A stretch of DNA of 62,085 nucleotides, counting the filler, from Vannella sp. (Eukaryota), in the NCBI GenBank assembly GCA_023345925.1. It is 7 parts of 7 records of this genome, joined end to end, with 100 filler letters (N's around TTAATTAATTAA, not from the genome) between each part and the next. Parts side by side here need not be neighbours in the genome. Positions count along the whole stretch, not along the records: positions 32,988 to 40,482 come from JAJQQN010001190.1; positions 40,583 to 53,991 come from JAJQQN010000438.1; 5 more parts are not named here. One strand, 5' to 3'. Below, piece by piece: positions 35,193 to 48,769 of the stretch. The notes below the pieces were generated by a model. It was not told the DNA's origin. It worked only from the letters and a program-made list of their open reading frames with translations, and did not search any database. Within the stretch, counting starts at the first letter, position 1; each line of letters opens with the position of its first letter. A program made the translations under genes and the position numbers.

Positions 35193-36512
35193 TCACACTT
35201 CCATTGAGCTTTCGCTCTCGGTCTGCCTTCCAGAATTAGTGTCAAAAGAAGAGAAGCGAGTAGCGATCGCTTTCGGCTGGGTGGCTATCGGAGGGGATTC
35301 TTGAACTTTCAGGGATTTCGCTTTTGATGAAGGGCGGATATTGTACAGAACCAGTCCGCTTAAGATAATGAATAATGAAACAAAATAGAGAGGAGATAGC
35401 TGCTTCGTATCAGATGGATGGTCCCAAAGAGGAGGACACTTCTTACAGAATAATGGAAAATCAGAATCCCAAGAATGAGAGAATAAGCATCGGCCGTCAA
35501 GAACGAGATATTCATCAAGGTTGCGCTGGATAGTTGAAGCATGAATGGTGTTGTCGAGTATATAGTGAACATTGCAAGTCCAAAGGCAACTATCAGACCA
35601 ACAATCTCCCAATTCCACTCGATACTCTGCAATGTACTCGCCTCGAACAACATCCTAAGCAGATTTTGTCAGCCCTACTGTCAACCCATTTCCTAAGCGA
35701 CTAACATTTGAATAAAGGAGATGATGGTTCCAAAGGATCCTAGCATGGCAAGATACTCCACATGCGAGTGCCGTTCCACTTGATACTGCTGTCCAACATT
35801 GCTAACAGCATATAACATAGAACTAAGAAGGACGAGGGAGTCCCCAAGTACCACCTGTGAGCCTTAGAAACGAGTGAGTTTGATACATTTGGAAAGGAAT
35901 GGCCTCACCAGGATCATTCTCGTCCTGTATACCATCCGAGAACATCAAAGCGACTAAGCCGCAAATACATATAGAAACTGCCAATACGTGTGATACTCCA
36001 AAACGCTCATGTAAGATGAAGAGGGAGAGAATCATCACGCAGGGAATGGTAAAGCAATCGAGGAGCATGGCTGATGTGATTGAGGTGAATTGGTAAGCTG
36101 ACACTATTAGATAGTTTGCTTCTACGTCAATGAAAGCGAGGAGAAGCATGATCCACCATCGGTCCTTGAGAGAAGACCAGAAATGGGAGCGATCACGAAG
36201 AGATATGCAGGTATAGACCACAGAGAGCAATAAGTAGTTGAGAAATGACTGTGTTGTGGGGATATCTACACTATAGAACGTCTCTAGTGACTCGCTTGTG
36301 ATCCCTGTGCAAGTAATACAGATGCTAAGACATTGGCCAAGGATCAAAGCCAAGCCCTGTCGCTGCCACCACCTCAGACGCTTAACAAACTGACCCACCA
36401 CCCCCGCATCACCTAAAGAAGCGCCGCTAACCTCCACCTCGATCACGCTCTCCGAAGGATCCACCACAGAAGGATCCAAAGCCTTCTCAGAGGTCCACTC
36501 TCCGGTCTCCAT
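35193..36512 (-). CDS. SLC35F1/F2-family solute carrier, several exons
   Basis: LILGQCLS, PTTQSFLNYLLL, LLAFIDVEANYLIVSAYQFTSITSAMLLDCFTIP and SSATLMNISFLTADAYS. Confidence 0.92.
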
Positions 36513-36644
36513 CGCCCAGCACCCAACAAATAGATTAATTTTCAACCTTCACAAAACACCCAAAATCCAAGGGGAAGTCCAACGGTTGTGGGCAAACTGA
36601 GAGAAGTTTCTGATTTGTGGTCATTCTCCAACGGAACCCTGAGC

Positions 36645-37673
36645 ATGGCCGTATGTTGGTTGTGGGGTAGAGATCATGAGAAATGCTAACGAATAGCAAT
36701 TAGGAAGGAAACGATACAGAGGGAGTGAACGAGTACTTGTACAAGGTCCTTGTCGTCGGTGATATCGGCACTGGTAAAACGTGGGTGGTTTCTCTTGCTT
36801 GGAGAGTGTTCTTTGATGCTTATTTATGTATGCAGATCCATTATCAAGCGCTATGTCCACAACATGTTCTCTCTTCACTACAAATCAACCGTAAGCAGAG
36901 CACTTCCCCTTGTCCGCCAACCACCTTACTGAGTGCCTCGTAGATCGGTGTAGATTTTGCTCTTAAGGTGATCAACTGGGACGACAACTCTGTTGTCCGA
37001 CTTCAGCTTTGGGATATCGCTGGTGAGCTTCCTCTTTCGTCAACGGTCGCTCTTCAGTACTGACGATCGTTTCTTTGTTCTCTGTATTGGAATGAATAGG
37101 TCAGGAGAGATTCGGTAACATGACTCGCGTAGGTCTCGCTCTACCTCAGATCCTTTGTTGATGACAGACCACCTGACCAGTTCCGCTTTAGGTGTACTAC
37201 AAGGAGGCTGTGGGTGCTTTTGTGGTGTTCGATGTCACTCGTGTGAGCACGTTTGAGGCTGTGCAGAAGTGGAAGAGCGATATCGACGCCAAGGTCTTCC
37301 TCTCCGACAACCGCCCCATTCCCGTCGTTCTCCTCGCCAACAAGGTAGGTTTACCAAAGGGGCACCCTTCCCCTATTTTTCTACGAATTATAGCGGCCCG
37401 CTGATCTTTGCCCAGTGTGATCTTGCAGGAAAGGAGGGCATCTGCCAGGACCGCCGCCAAATGGACAAGTTCTGCGAGGAGAATGGGTTCATTGGATGGT
37501 TCGAAACCTCTGCGAAGAGCAGCGTTGGTATTGAGGATGCCGCCAAGTGCCTTGTGGGCAAGATTCTGGAGGACTCTCCCGCTGCCCCCAAGAAGGACAG
37601 TGGAGCTATCAAAATTGATCGTTCTGGTCGAACCCCTGGCGCTCCAGCTCCTGCTGAAGGCGGTTGCTGCTAA
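36645..37673 (+). CDS. RAB32: Rab32/38-family GTPase, about 7 exons, first coding exon only 6 nt (ATGGCC)
   Basis: EYLYKVLVVGDIGTGKT, YKSTIGVDFALK, Rab32-type WDIAGQERFGNMTRVYYKEA, LLANK, WFETSAK and C-terminal GGCC. Confidence 0.93.
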
Positions 37674-37885
37674 TCGTGCCTTCCCTGGCCTCGCCATAAA
37701 CTTTCTTTCCCCAACCCCCCCCTCATGCAGGGCACTCTCCCACGTCCAGGGTTAGAGAAGGCAGAAGTACAGCTGAAGGACACCTTTGCTGGCAGATAAA
37801 CTCTCCCAGTCCCGGAGGAACGTTACGTAACCACAGGCAGCAGCTTCTTCCAGAGGTTTATTGTGGACAGGCGGGCTGGTGCGGC

Positions 37886-40482
37886 TCAAATATTATATAC
37901 GGTCAGTTTCTGCCGTACAATGGGATCCACTGCGGAAAGTAACTTCTCCCACTCGGCAGGGGGAGCTGACTTTCTGAATTCATGAAGGAGCAAGTAGAAC
38001 TGCTTGCAGAGGTCATCAGGCAAACTGTCCCATGAACATACGGCATTGAAGAAGTAATGAAGGTTTTGGTTGAAGATGGCACCGGGATTGGCTTGGATGA
38101 CCTTGCACATGCCAAAGAAGGCCACCAATTTGTCCTCCCCTTCGATCACCTCGGTGAGGGCAAAGCACCATCCGGAGAAGATGTCTCCCAAGTGGGGAGC
38201 CACCACTGCGGGAACCTTGTAAGACAGCCATCCCAAAGAGATGGCAGAGTTCTCCATTAGTTCGCGGCTGACTTGCTTTGCGCACATCACCCACTTCAGT
38301 GCCTCTAACATTTTGAGAGCATATGGCTGAATGACTTGCTCATCACTATGTTGAATGATCCTGCCAAGGGACCAAGAAGCATTCCCAGAAGAGCGCCCAT
38401 GGTTTGGAGCAATACTCTCTAGGATCTCAGGGACGTAGGCGTTGAGGACCTCAGTGATTTGAGGCATCATGACAGGCGCGAGGTCTCCAAGCAGGGCAAA
38501 GGTTTCCTGTCTAATCCGAGAGTTCTCCCTCATGCAACGGTACATGATGCCAAGCAGGTTGCTGCTCGCCGCTAAATCACGCATTGCAGGTCCAAAGGCC
38601 TCCGTCATGACACTCAAAAGATTGAGCGAAGCCACAATAAAGTCAGAATCAAGCTTTTCGGCTCGGTTGTCCTGAAACAGCGTTAAGGCCACTACATATA
38701 TAATGGTACTTGCGACTTACTGCAAAGAAGATCAAGCTGGTGTCAATAATCCGCAAACAGCGACTGAATACGGGAACCGCAAAGGGGTGCAGGATTTCTC
38801 CACAAGCACCAAAGATGTCAATAAAGCACTCAGCAAGGTGACAGAGGCCCCTGTCGTCCTCGTCAAACTTAACCCACAAGTCAACCAGCTGAGGCATTAT
38901 ACGCTGGGCAAAGTTATTCTTGGTTTCCGGGTTGTTGCAGCCCCGAATGGACGCCACACTAAAGATACCAATGGCATCAAAGAGAATGAGCTGATTCTTA
39001 GCCTGGAAGGTTCTCAGTGCTGCGGAGAAAGTGTTCACAATCGGATCAAAATAGTCCAAAAGTACAATTCGTGTGCTCTCTTGAAGGTGTGTGATGGCCG
39101 TGGCCGCAGCTTGTTGGACACTCTTGTTCTTCACTAGCATGTGCTGAAGGAGCTTTTGGAGAAGAGGGACGAGATAGAGCGGCTTCTCTTGCTGAGAAAT
39201 CCAAAGGGAGTACCGACTGACGCTCCAGCAGGTTATCGCGCGTACAAGGACTTGCGGATGTTCCAGCTGTTGCAAAAGATAAGGCACGATGTCTTTCAGG
39301 TACGCGCACATCCCAGCGTAGCACCCCTTTGCGATGGCCCCGAGTGCAAGAATGTTGCATTCTGTCACTGACCAGTGCGCAGTTGGCACCATCTTTGATT
39401 GCAAGATGGGGATCAGAATATGGAGGAGCTCTTCCCTGAAGAGGTTGGACAGGAAGTCAAGCGAGGCAGCAGAGCACTTGCGCAGGTTCCACTCGGAGAA
39501 GTCGCCCTCGTCCTCCTCGTCATCCTCTTCCTCTTCTTGAGCTCTGTTGGACTTGAAGTGTGTGGGTTCGATGTCTTGAGACTGGTCTGGGACGTCAGAG
39601 TCCTCCTGATTGATGGTGAGCAGGTACTGCTCTGACTCGCTATAGACCATGGACTCGAGGAGTACATGGACCAGTCTGGCTCATCTCATGAGCTCTCTGA
39701 TGCGTTTGTGAAGAAGAGAGAACGTACTGTGAGAGGTGGGGACGGAGAGCGTCCTTGGCATTACCGTGGTCACAGACAACGTTCCAAAACTCGCAGGCTT
39801 CGAGTGCTACCTCCTCCTCATCATCTTTGGTGAAGGCCAGCATGATAGGTACCACTTGGTGGAAGTGCGCGAGGATGTACTCGATCCTAACGCTGCCCAA
39901 GTACAAGAAGGAGGCGCATACTTCTTTCTTGATCCTTCCCGATGGATCAGAGGCTAACACAAAGAGACGCTATCACAGGGTCAGTCCAGTCAAACAAAGA
40001 CAGATCCACAAGGCTACTAACGGTCAGGAACTCAGGGAAATGATTTCCAAACGCGCGCGGCATGGGAGTGATGAACTGATTGATGCTGATGAGGGCATAT
40101 CGACGGAAAGAGGGCACCTCGTGAACAAGGAACTGAATGAAGAGAGGAATGAGAACGTTGAGTGCAGCCTCGTACTTCTCAGGGCCGCCTTGTTGCTCAG
40201 ACATGCACATGTGGTATGCAGAGTCTTCGCAGACCTTGCTGAGGGCGGAGAGGATACCCTCTATCAAGCGAGGTTCTGTCTGGCTACTGGTGAGGGCTCC
40301 AACCAAGGATTCAAGAAGCCCTGGCCACTGATCCAAACCCGCTTGGCGGACGATCTCTGACACTATGCCACCTGCGGTGCTACGAACCGTCTCAGAAGCG
40401 TCACCGAGACACACCAGAACCTCTCGCTTGATGTAGGCTCGCACGCCATCGTCGAGCTGGTGGTAGTACTGTTTGATGTTGT
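37886..40482 (-). CDS. TNPO1: Transportin-1 (importin beta-2/Kap104), 5'-partial
   Basis: HEAT repeats with VALEACEFW, the acidic loop DVPDQSQDIEP...EEEEDDEEDE, WNLRKCSAASLD, ILALGAIA, VRAITCW and ENSAISLG. Confidence 0.93.
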
Positions 40483-40582
40483 NNNNNNNNNNNNNNNNNN
40501 NNNNNNNNNNNNNNNNNNNNNNNNNNTTAATTAATTAANNNNNNNNNNNNNNNNNNNNNNNNNNNNNNNNNNNNNNNNNNNN
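40483..40582. other. Artificial contig linker
   Basis: N44-TTAATTAATTAA-N44. Confidence 0.99.
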
Positions 40583-42652
40583 GACTGCAAGTAGTGCGCG
40601 AGGATTCATCTGCAAGGCCAAGTCGTAATGACGTTTCGCCAGGTGCAAGTCCGCGGACACTCCTTGGCCAAAGTGGTACATCGTTGCGACATTGTAGCGT
40701 GCGTGTGCACTTGTCGTCATAACTGTCGAGTAGTGTTGTAGAGATTTCTCTTGATTCAAAGGAATGCCATTAGCACCAGAATAATACAAGTCGCCCAGTT
40801 TGATGTGGGACAACTCATTTCCTTGGTCAGCTGCACGCTGATAATAACGCACTGCAAGGGTCAACACCTTTCCAAAGTGCGGGTGGAGGGTGTTCCCATC
40901 AGACGAGTCATTCATTTCTTCATCAAAGAGCCAAGCGGCATTTTCTTGAGCCAAAACCCACCCCATTTCGGCCATCTTCTCCAAATGTAGAGCCGCACGA
41001 ACGCTGTCTCCATCTTGGGTATAATAATCCGAAGCTATTGCTAGTCTTTTTGGGAGGCTTCCACGCTCGATGACCTTGCGGTAGTGTGCAATGGCACTTT
41101 CACAGTTGGGTGATACTCCAATACCATATTGAAGCATCTCTGCAAATAAGAACTCCGCAGGAGCAACTGAACGACTTTCTGAGCTTATAATGGCATTACG
41201 GGTGAAAAGTGCGGCTTGCTCGAAGTCCTGCACGACGCCAAGACCTTCGTAGTACATTTGACCAAGATACATGAATGCTTCTGAGACTCGGCTTTCGGCT
41301 GCCTTTACAAGAATCTCCCGAGCCTTTTCATAGTTGGGCTTTCCCTCCAGCCCTAAAAGGTAGTACTCTGCAAGATAGATGTGCCCTTGAATGCTCTTCT
41401 TTTCCGTGGCTCTCTCATAGTTCTTGCGGGCGATTGCATAATCTTGAGGAACCCCAAGACCGTATTGGTACATCCTACCAAGTAGAGCGTACGCTCGGGA
41501 TTCACCAGCATCCTTTGCTTCTTCAAAATATTTTCGGGCAATCTCGTAGTTCACTTCATGGCCATAGGTTCCATACAAATACAATGCGCCAACCTCTATC
41601 TGTTACACACGATGAGTGACCATCCAAGCAGACACAATATCAACCCTACCAGAGTAGCTGGGTTCTCGGGATCCACTTTGAACTTTGCATAATCCAATAT
41701 TTCCTGGCGGGTGGTCGACCCGTCATCTCCATCCTTAGCGAACTGTACCAGTGATACTTTTTTGACATAGCTGGAGGCCATAGGGTTCTCATTTATCTCC
41801 TCCAGTGCTGAAGAAGATGTAAGTCACTTGAGTCTTCCCATGGAGTAGAGACTTACCGTGCTGTGCTGCCATCCTAAAGTAGGGGATAGAAATGATACAG
41901 CTTTTGGGAGCATTGTATCCACGAAGGAACTTATTTCCCAGAACAAGAGAGGCTTCTAGATCCAAATTTTCAGCCGCAAAGGTGTAGAACATCATTGCCT
42001 GTTGCCCTTATTGTAAGGACTCTCTGATTGCTTCAAAGTCTCCTGAATCCCACCTTTGATGGACTCAGAGTCACGCCCCGGCCGACATCATGAAGGAAAG
42101 CCATCGCACGTTGGCCTTCAGGACTCCCTAGATCTGCTGCACGCTGGTAGTAGCGCACTGCTTCTTCTTGGTTCACATCGACTCCTTCCCCATGCTAAAG
42201 AAGGTGAGAACAATCGTCTTCAGCAAGCAGAGGAAAGGAAAGGAGACTTACTTCGTACATCCATCCCAGCTGATACATGGCAGTTCGATGACCAATGTCA
42301 GCAGCCACTCGAAGCTGCCTCATAGCCTGAAGGTACTCTTTCTGCTCCAAAAGCACCAAGCCAGCATCGTAGGCAGCGCGGGCGGCAGGCGTAAGCATCT
42401 CCTCTTCGAAGGATGCCAGGCGCTGTGCAGCTTCAAGCTGTGCTTCCGCAAGCATGGTTTCTTTGATCTCCATTTCCTCTTTCGCAGCCTGCCAAGTCTC
42501 CTTCATCAATGCCGAAGTTTGAGACATCACCGAGGCCTGAGGAAGGCCATTCTCCCTCTGCGCCAGCACGCAGATCGCCACTACAACACACCTTTAGATA
42601 TCTGCTTTCCCCTATCATCCTACACACCAACAAGAAGAAGCACGCCGCGCAT
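40583..42652 (-). CDS. SEL1L: SEL1L/Hrd3-like ERAD component (Sel1 repeats), 3'-partial
   Basis: Spliced signal peptide MRGVLLLVVAICVLA, many Sel1 repeats (LGRMYQYGLGVPQDY), and Hrd3-type YRKVIERG, AQENAAWL and DLHLAKRHYD. Confidence 0.85.
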
Positions 42653-43028
42653 CTCCCTCCCCCAAGGGAAGACTCCCAAATAATGCCTTCCGGAAGGTGA
42701 AATGCGACGTGTCCACGCTCAGTTGGCCAACCACCACCACACAGATAGCTCAGACAGAGATGATTACCACCCAGACACCCTCCTTTGCCTCCCATTCTCC
42801 AGAGAGTCAAAGGGGAGAAGAGGCTCCTTCTCCAGTCGCCCTCTCAGAATCGGTCTTCCTTTCAATGTTGGGTTCGTAGACCCTCCTGCTTGCCAACTAA
42901 TGAAAGCTGTCAAGGTAAGTAGCTAGCTGGAGACATTCCTCCCAGTGGAGAGGCTTGAGAGAGGGGAGAAGCGGGAATATGATAACTAATAAAGCATTCG
43001 TATTCGTACAATGACTGGATTGGAGAGG

Positions 43029-46000
43029 TTAGGCCTTGACAACAGACTCTTTGAAGGCGCAGAGCCAATAGACCTTCTCCTCCTTAGTGTCCGTGTTGCA
43101 GTTGAAAGAATAGTCTTTGCTGCGCAGAGAGAAGACGTTGGGCGCTACTGAGCTATCAGGATAGTTGAAGAGTTCCATTCCCTCTAAAGACAGTAACCGG
43201 ACGAACTCGTAGTTCGGCCATTCCTCCGCTTCTTTCTTCTTCTTCTTCTTGACGCTTTCCAGTGGGAATGTCAATACCAGCAAGTCTGAGAACAGGAACA
43301 CCCAGTAGGTGGTTTGATTGATCGTCAAAGAAGAATTCTTGACCAATAACCGGCCTGGGGCCACCAATGTCTATGCAGAGAGGTCAGATGGCCATCTGGA
43401 GGGAATAACGCAAGTCACTTCAACTCACGTTTTGTTTGGGGAAGCCCTTGATTCGTTTCTGCAGATCCACAATGGTTTTGTTCTTATTGTACACTTCTTT
43501 GCTCTCGTCAATGTAGTCTGCCAGCACCTCAGTCTTGTGCACAGCATCGAGCAGATGCTGATAGTCTGGATGTGTCTTCTTGGTGTTCTTAATCAGCTCC
43601 TGCTCTGATGTAAGTGCCTTGAACATGCAAATCTTGAGGAAGAATTGGGCTACTAACGTTGAGGAGGAGAATGTACCGAGGAACCCGCTGAATGGGCATG
43701 ATAAGATACGTGTAAATGCTTTTGCCCTTCACACCGCCGTCTGTGAAGCTCTTTAGCCTCGCCATAAACTCGCTGTCCCCTTCGAATTCTGTGAGAATCT
43801 CAATGGCATTGTTGTAGTTGTTCACAAAGGTCGTGTAGCACTTCAAATAATCAGTCTAGAAGAGAGTGTGAGTATGATAGCGATGCACTTGAGTAGAATG
43901 CCTTACCATTGATATGAAGAACTCTCCTAAGCAGGTCTTTTCATCCCATTTTGATACTCGGCGTTCAACACCTTCAAGGAGCATCGTGTGGTAGTTGATG
44001 ATCTCTTCTACGTTAGCAAAGATCTCTGCCACTTGGCTCTTCTTGATGATTGGCCGACGGGCTAGGGCTAACGCTGCCATTGGGTTCATGTACTTGTTAA
44101 CGAGGGTATTCAAACTGTCAACATAACTTCGCTCTGTGACTAATAGCTCCACAGCAATCTTCATCCGCTTTGTGTTATACTTTTCAAGCTTCGCAGGGTC
44201 AATTTCCTCCTCTGGAGCGGCTTCAGGAATAGGAACAGGTTCAACCTCTGCCACAGTTTGTACCAACTCAGCGTTCTCTCTTTCTGTCTGTAAACGCGTT
44301 CTTTCCTCTTCAAATCGCACTCTTTCCTCCTGAAATTTCCTGCGCTCCTCCTCCAACTGCATGCGCTGCTCCTGGAGCACTCGTTCATTCTCCTGTTTTG
44401 CAAGTTCCTCTGCGGTCGGGGGGCGCTTGACAGCAATCGTATCAACAAGAGCCTCCATCTCATTGAGGGTGTCATCAAGAGTAGAACGTCCTCTCTGTAG
44501 TTTCTGGCGCTGAGACATGGCAAACAAATCATCCTCCGCTTTAGCCAGCTGATCTTCCTGTTTCAAAGACTTTGATCCCGATGCAGAATGTGACTCTTCC
44601 TCTGCAAGCTCTGAGAGGAAGTCATCAAGCTCATCATCTGTCTTCTCAACTCTGATTACTGGAGGACTGGCGGATACAAGAGTCGGACGGCGAGCTCGTT
44701 GAATAGCTTGTTCATGAGATATAGGAAGGTCGGTAGAGTTCTCCTCTTCAATAACGGCAGCTTCCAAGGCAGCCTGCTTAATCATCGCCTCCATCTTTGA
44801 AGAGCTTGTCTCTTGAACTTCCTCAATCTCGTTGGAATAGTCTTCACAAGGGAAGGAGGCATTCCTAAGAGCCTGAGTAGCTGATTCGCTCACTTCAGGG
44901 TCGCTCTGTGAGACAGACATCTGCTCTAGCAGCTTCATTCCCTTGGGCGAGTTTTGAATAAGGAATCGACAACGCCCATTCAATGCCATATTGGTCATCA
45001 CTCTGCACGCTTGTACTCGGATAGGTAGTAGTGGAGACTCGCACAGTAACATCACAGCGGCCAATCCATTGGCAGTACGCACCTTGTCGCGAAGTTTATC
45101 ACTTCGGCGGGTCAGGTTAACCAGTGTGGCAGCGGCAAACTCGCAAGATGAAGCGGAAGGCGAAGAGAAGAAGGACAGTAAAAGGGGGATCAAATCAGTA
45201 TCCAGGTACTCTGCTTCGTTGAGATAGGAAATCGAAATATTGACCAATGCCTTCATCGCCTGCTCTGTCACTTCAGAGGAAGCGTTCCTCAGCTTTATCA
45301 CTTGGACCAAAGAGCCTACTGCACCCATATTGCCTATCTCGCTGCGGATGCTGTCTGAAAGAACCGATTCGTGCGTCACATTAACCAGTAATCGCAGGGC
45401 ATCAGCCAGTACTTCCGGTGTGCGATCAACCAGCACGGATATCAACTGCTTCAATCCGTTTTGGTTGTAAAAGGCCTCCAAATGATCCTCATCAATGAGG
45501 ACAAGATTGGACAGGCATCGAATAGCTTTGCTTCTCAACTTGGCATCAGAGTGAGAGATGAGAGAAATAAGGGGAGTGATGCTCTTCTCCGAGTCTTCAA
45601 GGTTCTCTGGGTCACCTCCCATTGCCAAGTTGTTCACAATGAGAATAGCTTTGTCTACCAATCGAGGATCTGGGTTTTTGAGGAGCTTCGCGACGACCAC
45701 AAAGCCATGGGCCTTGCAAATAATCGGCTGGGACTGAGGAAGAGCAGAGAGAGTTCCGAGAATCATCACTGCTAGCTTCTGTGCAGGAATAGAAGGGCTA
45801 TCAATAGATTGAATGATAGCGCTTATCACCCCTTCAGTAGATACTAGCTCTTCCTTATCCTCCATTGGAAGACCCAGCACAACAATCAGCTTGAGAGCAT
45901 TGATGCGCTGCTTTTCCTCCTTCCCATGAACCAGGAGCTTAACAATCACTGCAAATCCTTTTGCAGCTCTGAATGAAGAGACTATTTCTGCACGCCGTGA

Positions 46001-47427
46001 GCCCAGCATGTTAGCCAAGGTTATCGTTGTCTGCTCCAAAACAACATCATCAGTGGAGGATAAATCAGCCACTAACGCGTCCATGCCATTAGCTTGGACA
46101 ATCAGGGTCTTGTTGCTCTCTACTGTAGACAAAGTGCTGAGAATGAGGCAACCCATTTGCTTGATCTTGCCCACAACGTTTGGTTCCACTCGCAAAGCGA
46201 TCAGAATCAAAAGAAGCTCAGACTGTAGCACCAGTGGTTGGTTTTGAGGCATCTGGCACACGCTAGCTACTAGCTGCAGGGCCTTCTCTTGAATCTCAGG
46301 TGACTCTTTGCGTCTGACAAGATTGAGCATTTGCTTGAAGGCTTCTCCTCTTCCAGTTTCACTTGAGAGCTTAGCAGATAGCTCTGGAGGGTACATAAGG
46401 CGCTCTTCAACCCCTACTAGGGGCTGGAAGGTGTGATTGGTGGCGAACTGCAACAAGTCCTGAGGGGCAGGCGCTGCTACTCGGCTCCTGCTCTTTTCTA
46501 ACCGTACTTGGACCTTGCTTCTTTCCTCTGACAGCTCTGCAAGCTTCACTTCGATGGTCCGGAGGCCAGCATTAGCCTTTGCCATCTGCTCTTGAAGGTG
46601 CCGTGAAGCGTTGGGATCCTGTGAGCTCGCCAGCTGCTGGGAGTAGCTCTGTAAGAGATTACTGATCTTCGCCTTCTTCTCCAAGAAGTCTTGAGATCGC
46701 TCATCAATGAGCTGAAGGTGTTGGATGGCAGACGCTGCCTCTGGATCGAGTCCTCCTGTCGGTGCACTGAGTTTACGATTGGGAGTTGGTGTGCCGTAGG
46801 AAGGTCTTAGTGTACCAAAGGTTGCAACACTTGCAACGCTTGAAGGCCGCCTGCGGTTAGAAGGAGAATTCGCCATGTTTGACGATGGCGCCTCAACCTC
46901 TGGTTGTCTCATCGCTCCGCTGAAGGTATTGGTCGTGTTGATACCCCTTGGTCTTTGAGAGTTCATTGGGTCTCTGCTGAGGACAGGAGACGAGGTCAGC
47001 CGTTGAAGGAGATCCGCTCCGGAAGAAGGGGCGCGGTCCTTCAACAGGAAGCGGCCTATTACTCCCTCCCTTTGCCACGCGTTCCATACATCTAACACGG
47101 CAGCAGACTCTGGAAGAGCAGCTTCTGTAAAGGAGGAAGGTGAGAAGGAACGACGAGGAAGAAGGTTCGTCGTACCTCCGCGTGTGGACGCTGCACAGAG
47201 GAAGGCTTGAGAGGGATCAACTTTCAATGCCCTACACACTATGTTGAGGATCTCCTGGGCGGTCGTCGTTGGCGTAACCCCGATGTTCCAACCTTTCTCC
47301 GCCGCCATGCTCAACTTCGAGAGCACAGGCACTCGCACCTGCCCCAAACCCTGTCAACATAACCTCCCAAGAGGTAACAACAAGAGTCTGTTGCGCAGAA
47401 GGGCCCTACCTTCTCTTCCATGGACAT
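43029..47427 (-). CDS. RhoGEF: N-terminal Ubl/RA-like + coiled coil + Armadillo repeats + coiled coil + DH-PH (GxcC-like)
   Basis: ARM repeats (GAVGSLVQVI, AMKALVNIS), DH (RMKIAVELLVTERSYV, IFANVEEI, YLIMPIQRVPRYILLL) and PH (VFLFSDLLV). First exon MSMEEK at 47427. Confidence 0.88.
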
Positions 47428-47537
47428 GAAGGGGAACGTGCAGCCGGTTGCGGGCGGATGAACAAGTGAGCCGCAGGGAGGGGAAATGTTTATTTCAAGG
47501 TGATATGAGGTAATGTACATGCTATGGGAAGAGTCTA

Positions 47538-48179
47538 TCAAGTGGAGGAGCCACTCCGCATGTATATGGAAGGTACAGGAGGTCGCTCCTTCTTCCATCG
47601 CTTGAAGGCGCCATTTTGCTCCATCCCGTTGGTCCACTCTCCCTTCTCCAGCGCAAGGATGTGTTTCTCCCAGTTCTCTGGCTCTCTCATCATCTTTGAG
47701 AAGTCCGGGAGCGAGTTAGGAGGAGGAGCCGCCCCTTCTTCACGCTTGGCGAATTGGGGGATCGTCCCTGTGAGCGAGTGGGGCGCAAGAGCAGGAGCTC
47801 TGGAAGGACGGAAGGTACCGTAATCGTTCTCAGAGTCATCTTCTTCCTCCTCAACGAGCACTGGAGGTGAGGTGGCCGCGCGTTTGGCCGGTCGAAACGT
47901 GTCAAAGCACCCCTCACTCTCCTCCACCTCCTCCTCAGGTTCCACAACAACAGGAGGTAGCTCGATCTCTTCCACAAGCCGGTGTAAGTTCAGCTGAGCA
48001 AGCTGGGTTGTAAGTATCATCGAGCTCTCCCGCGTTAGCTTCCGGACAGTGCATCGGATCTCCTCCCTCTCCGACAAGGTCAACTCCAAAGCCTGCACCT
48101 CCTGTTCCAACTCCACAGGTGTTACATCCTTCTTCCCCTTCCCCCGCGAAGCCGAGAGGAATTCTATCAACTTGAACAT
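47538..48179 (-). CDS. Hypothetical protein (about 213 aa; coiled-coil N-terminus, acidic/Pro-rich tail)
   Basis: ATG ORF with coding-like composition; no family recognised. Confidence 0.55.
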   Translation of the reverse strand: MFKLIEFLSASRGKGKKDVTPVELEQEVQALELTLSEREEIRCTVRKLTRESSMILTTQLAQLNLHRLVEEIELPPVVVEPEEEVEESEGCFDTFRPAKRAATSPPVLVEEEEDDSENDYGTFRPSRAPALAPHSLTGTIPQFAKREEGAAPPPNSLPDFSKMMREPENWEKHILALEKGEWTNGMEQNGAFKRWKKERPPVPSIYMRSGSST

Positions 48180-48769
48180 GCCAGCCCACCCAGCCACCAA
48201 GAAATGCTCCTTCAACACCCATCAACCCCCCAAACTTGACTCTCCTTGCAAGAGAGAACGAGAACGCCATGAAGGGAACTTGTCGTCGTGTTGGGGGGAA
48301 GGGAGAGGTTGTTACTTGTGCTACAAGGAAGAGGATGTGTATGAATGAGTAGTGATTGGCTTTAGATCAGTCTGACGGTGTGGGATCAAGTGGTGAGGGT
48401 TGGGTGGCGAAGGGTCCTCAGCGGAAGCCTCTGGTGCCTTGAGGGGAAGGTGAGATGGTCAGCTTGGAGCTTTCCATTCATCTCTAAGTCTACTAGACGT
48501 GCCAATTCACTCCCGCACGCCACACAGAGCGAGCAGACGCCGAACAACTCATTTTACTTCTCCTGAAGGTGCCCTTGTTCACCTCTGGCTCACAACAGGA
48601 CTAGAACTCTCGTATACAGCCTGCAGCCCTTCTGTGGATGACGAAGAGGCCCCATCTCGCCCTCTCACTCACACTAGTGTGACTTGTTCAAGAGGAGCCA
48701 TCATCTGCAGCCCAGGGTCGCGGGGAAGTGTGGAAGTGCCCTACTGAGGAGATTCTGAGTTGGTCGAGG

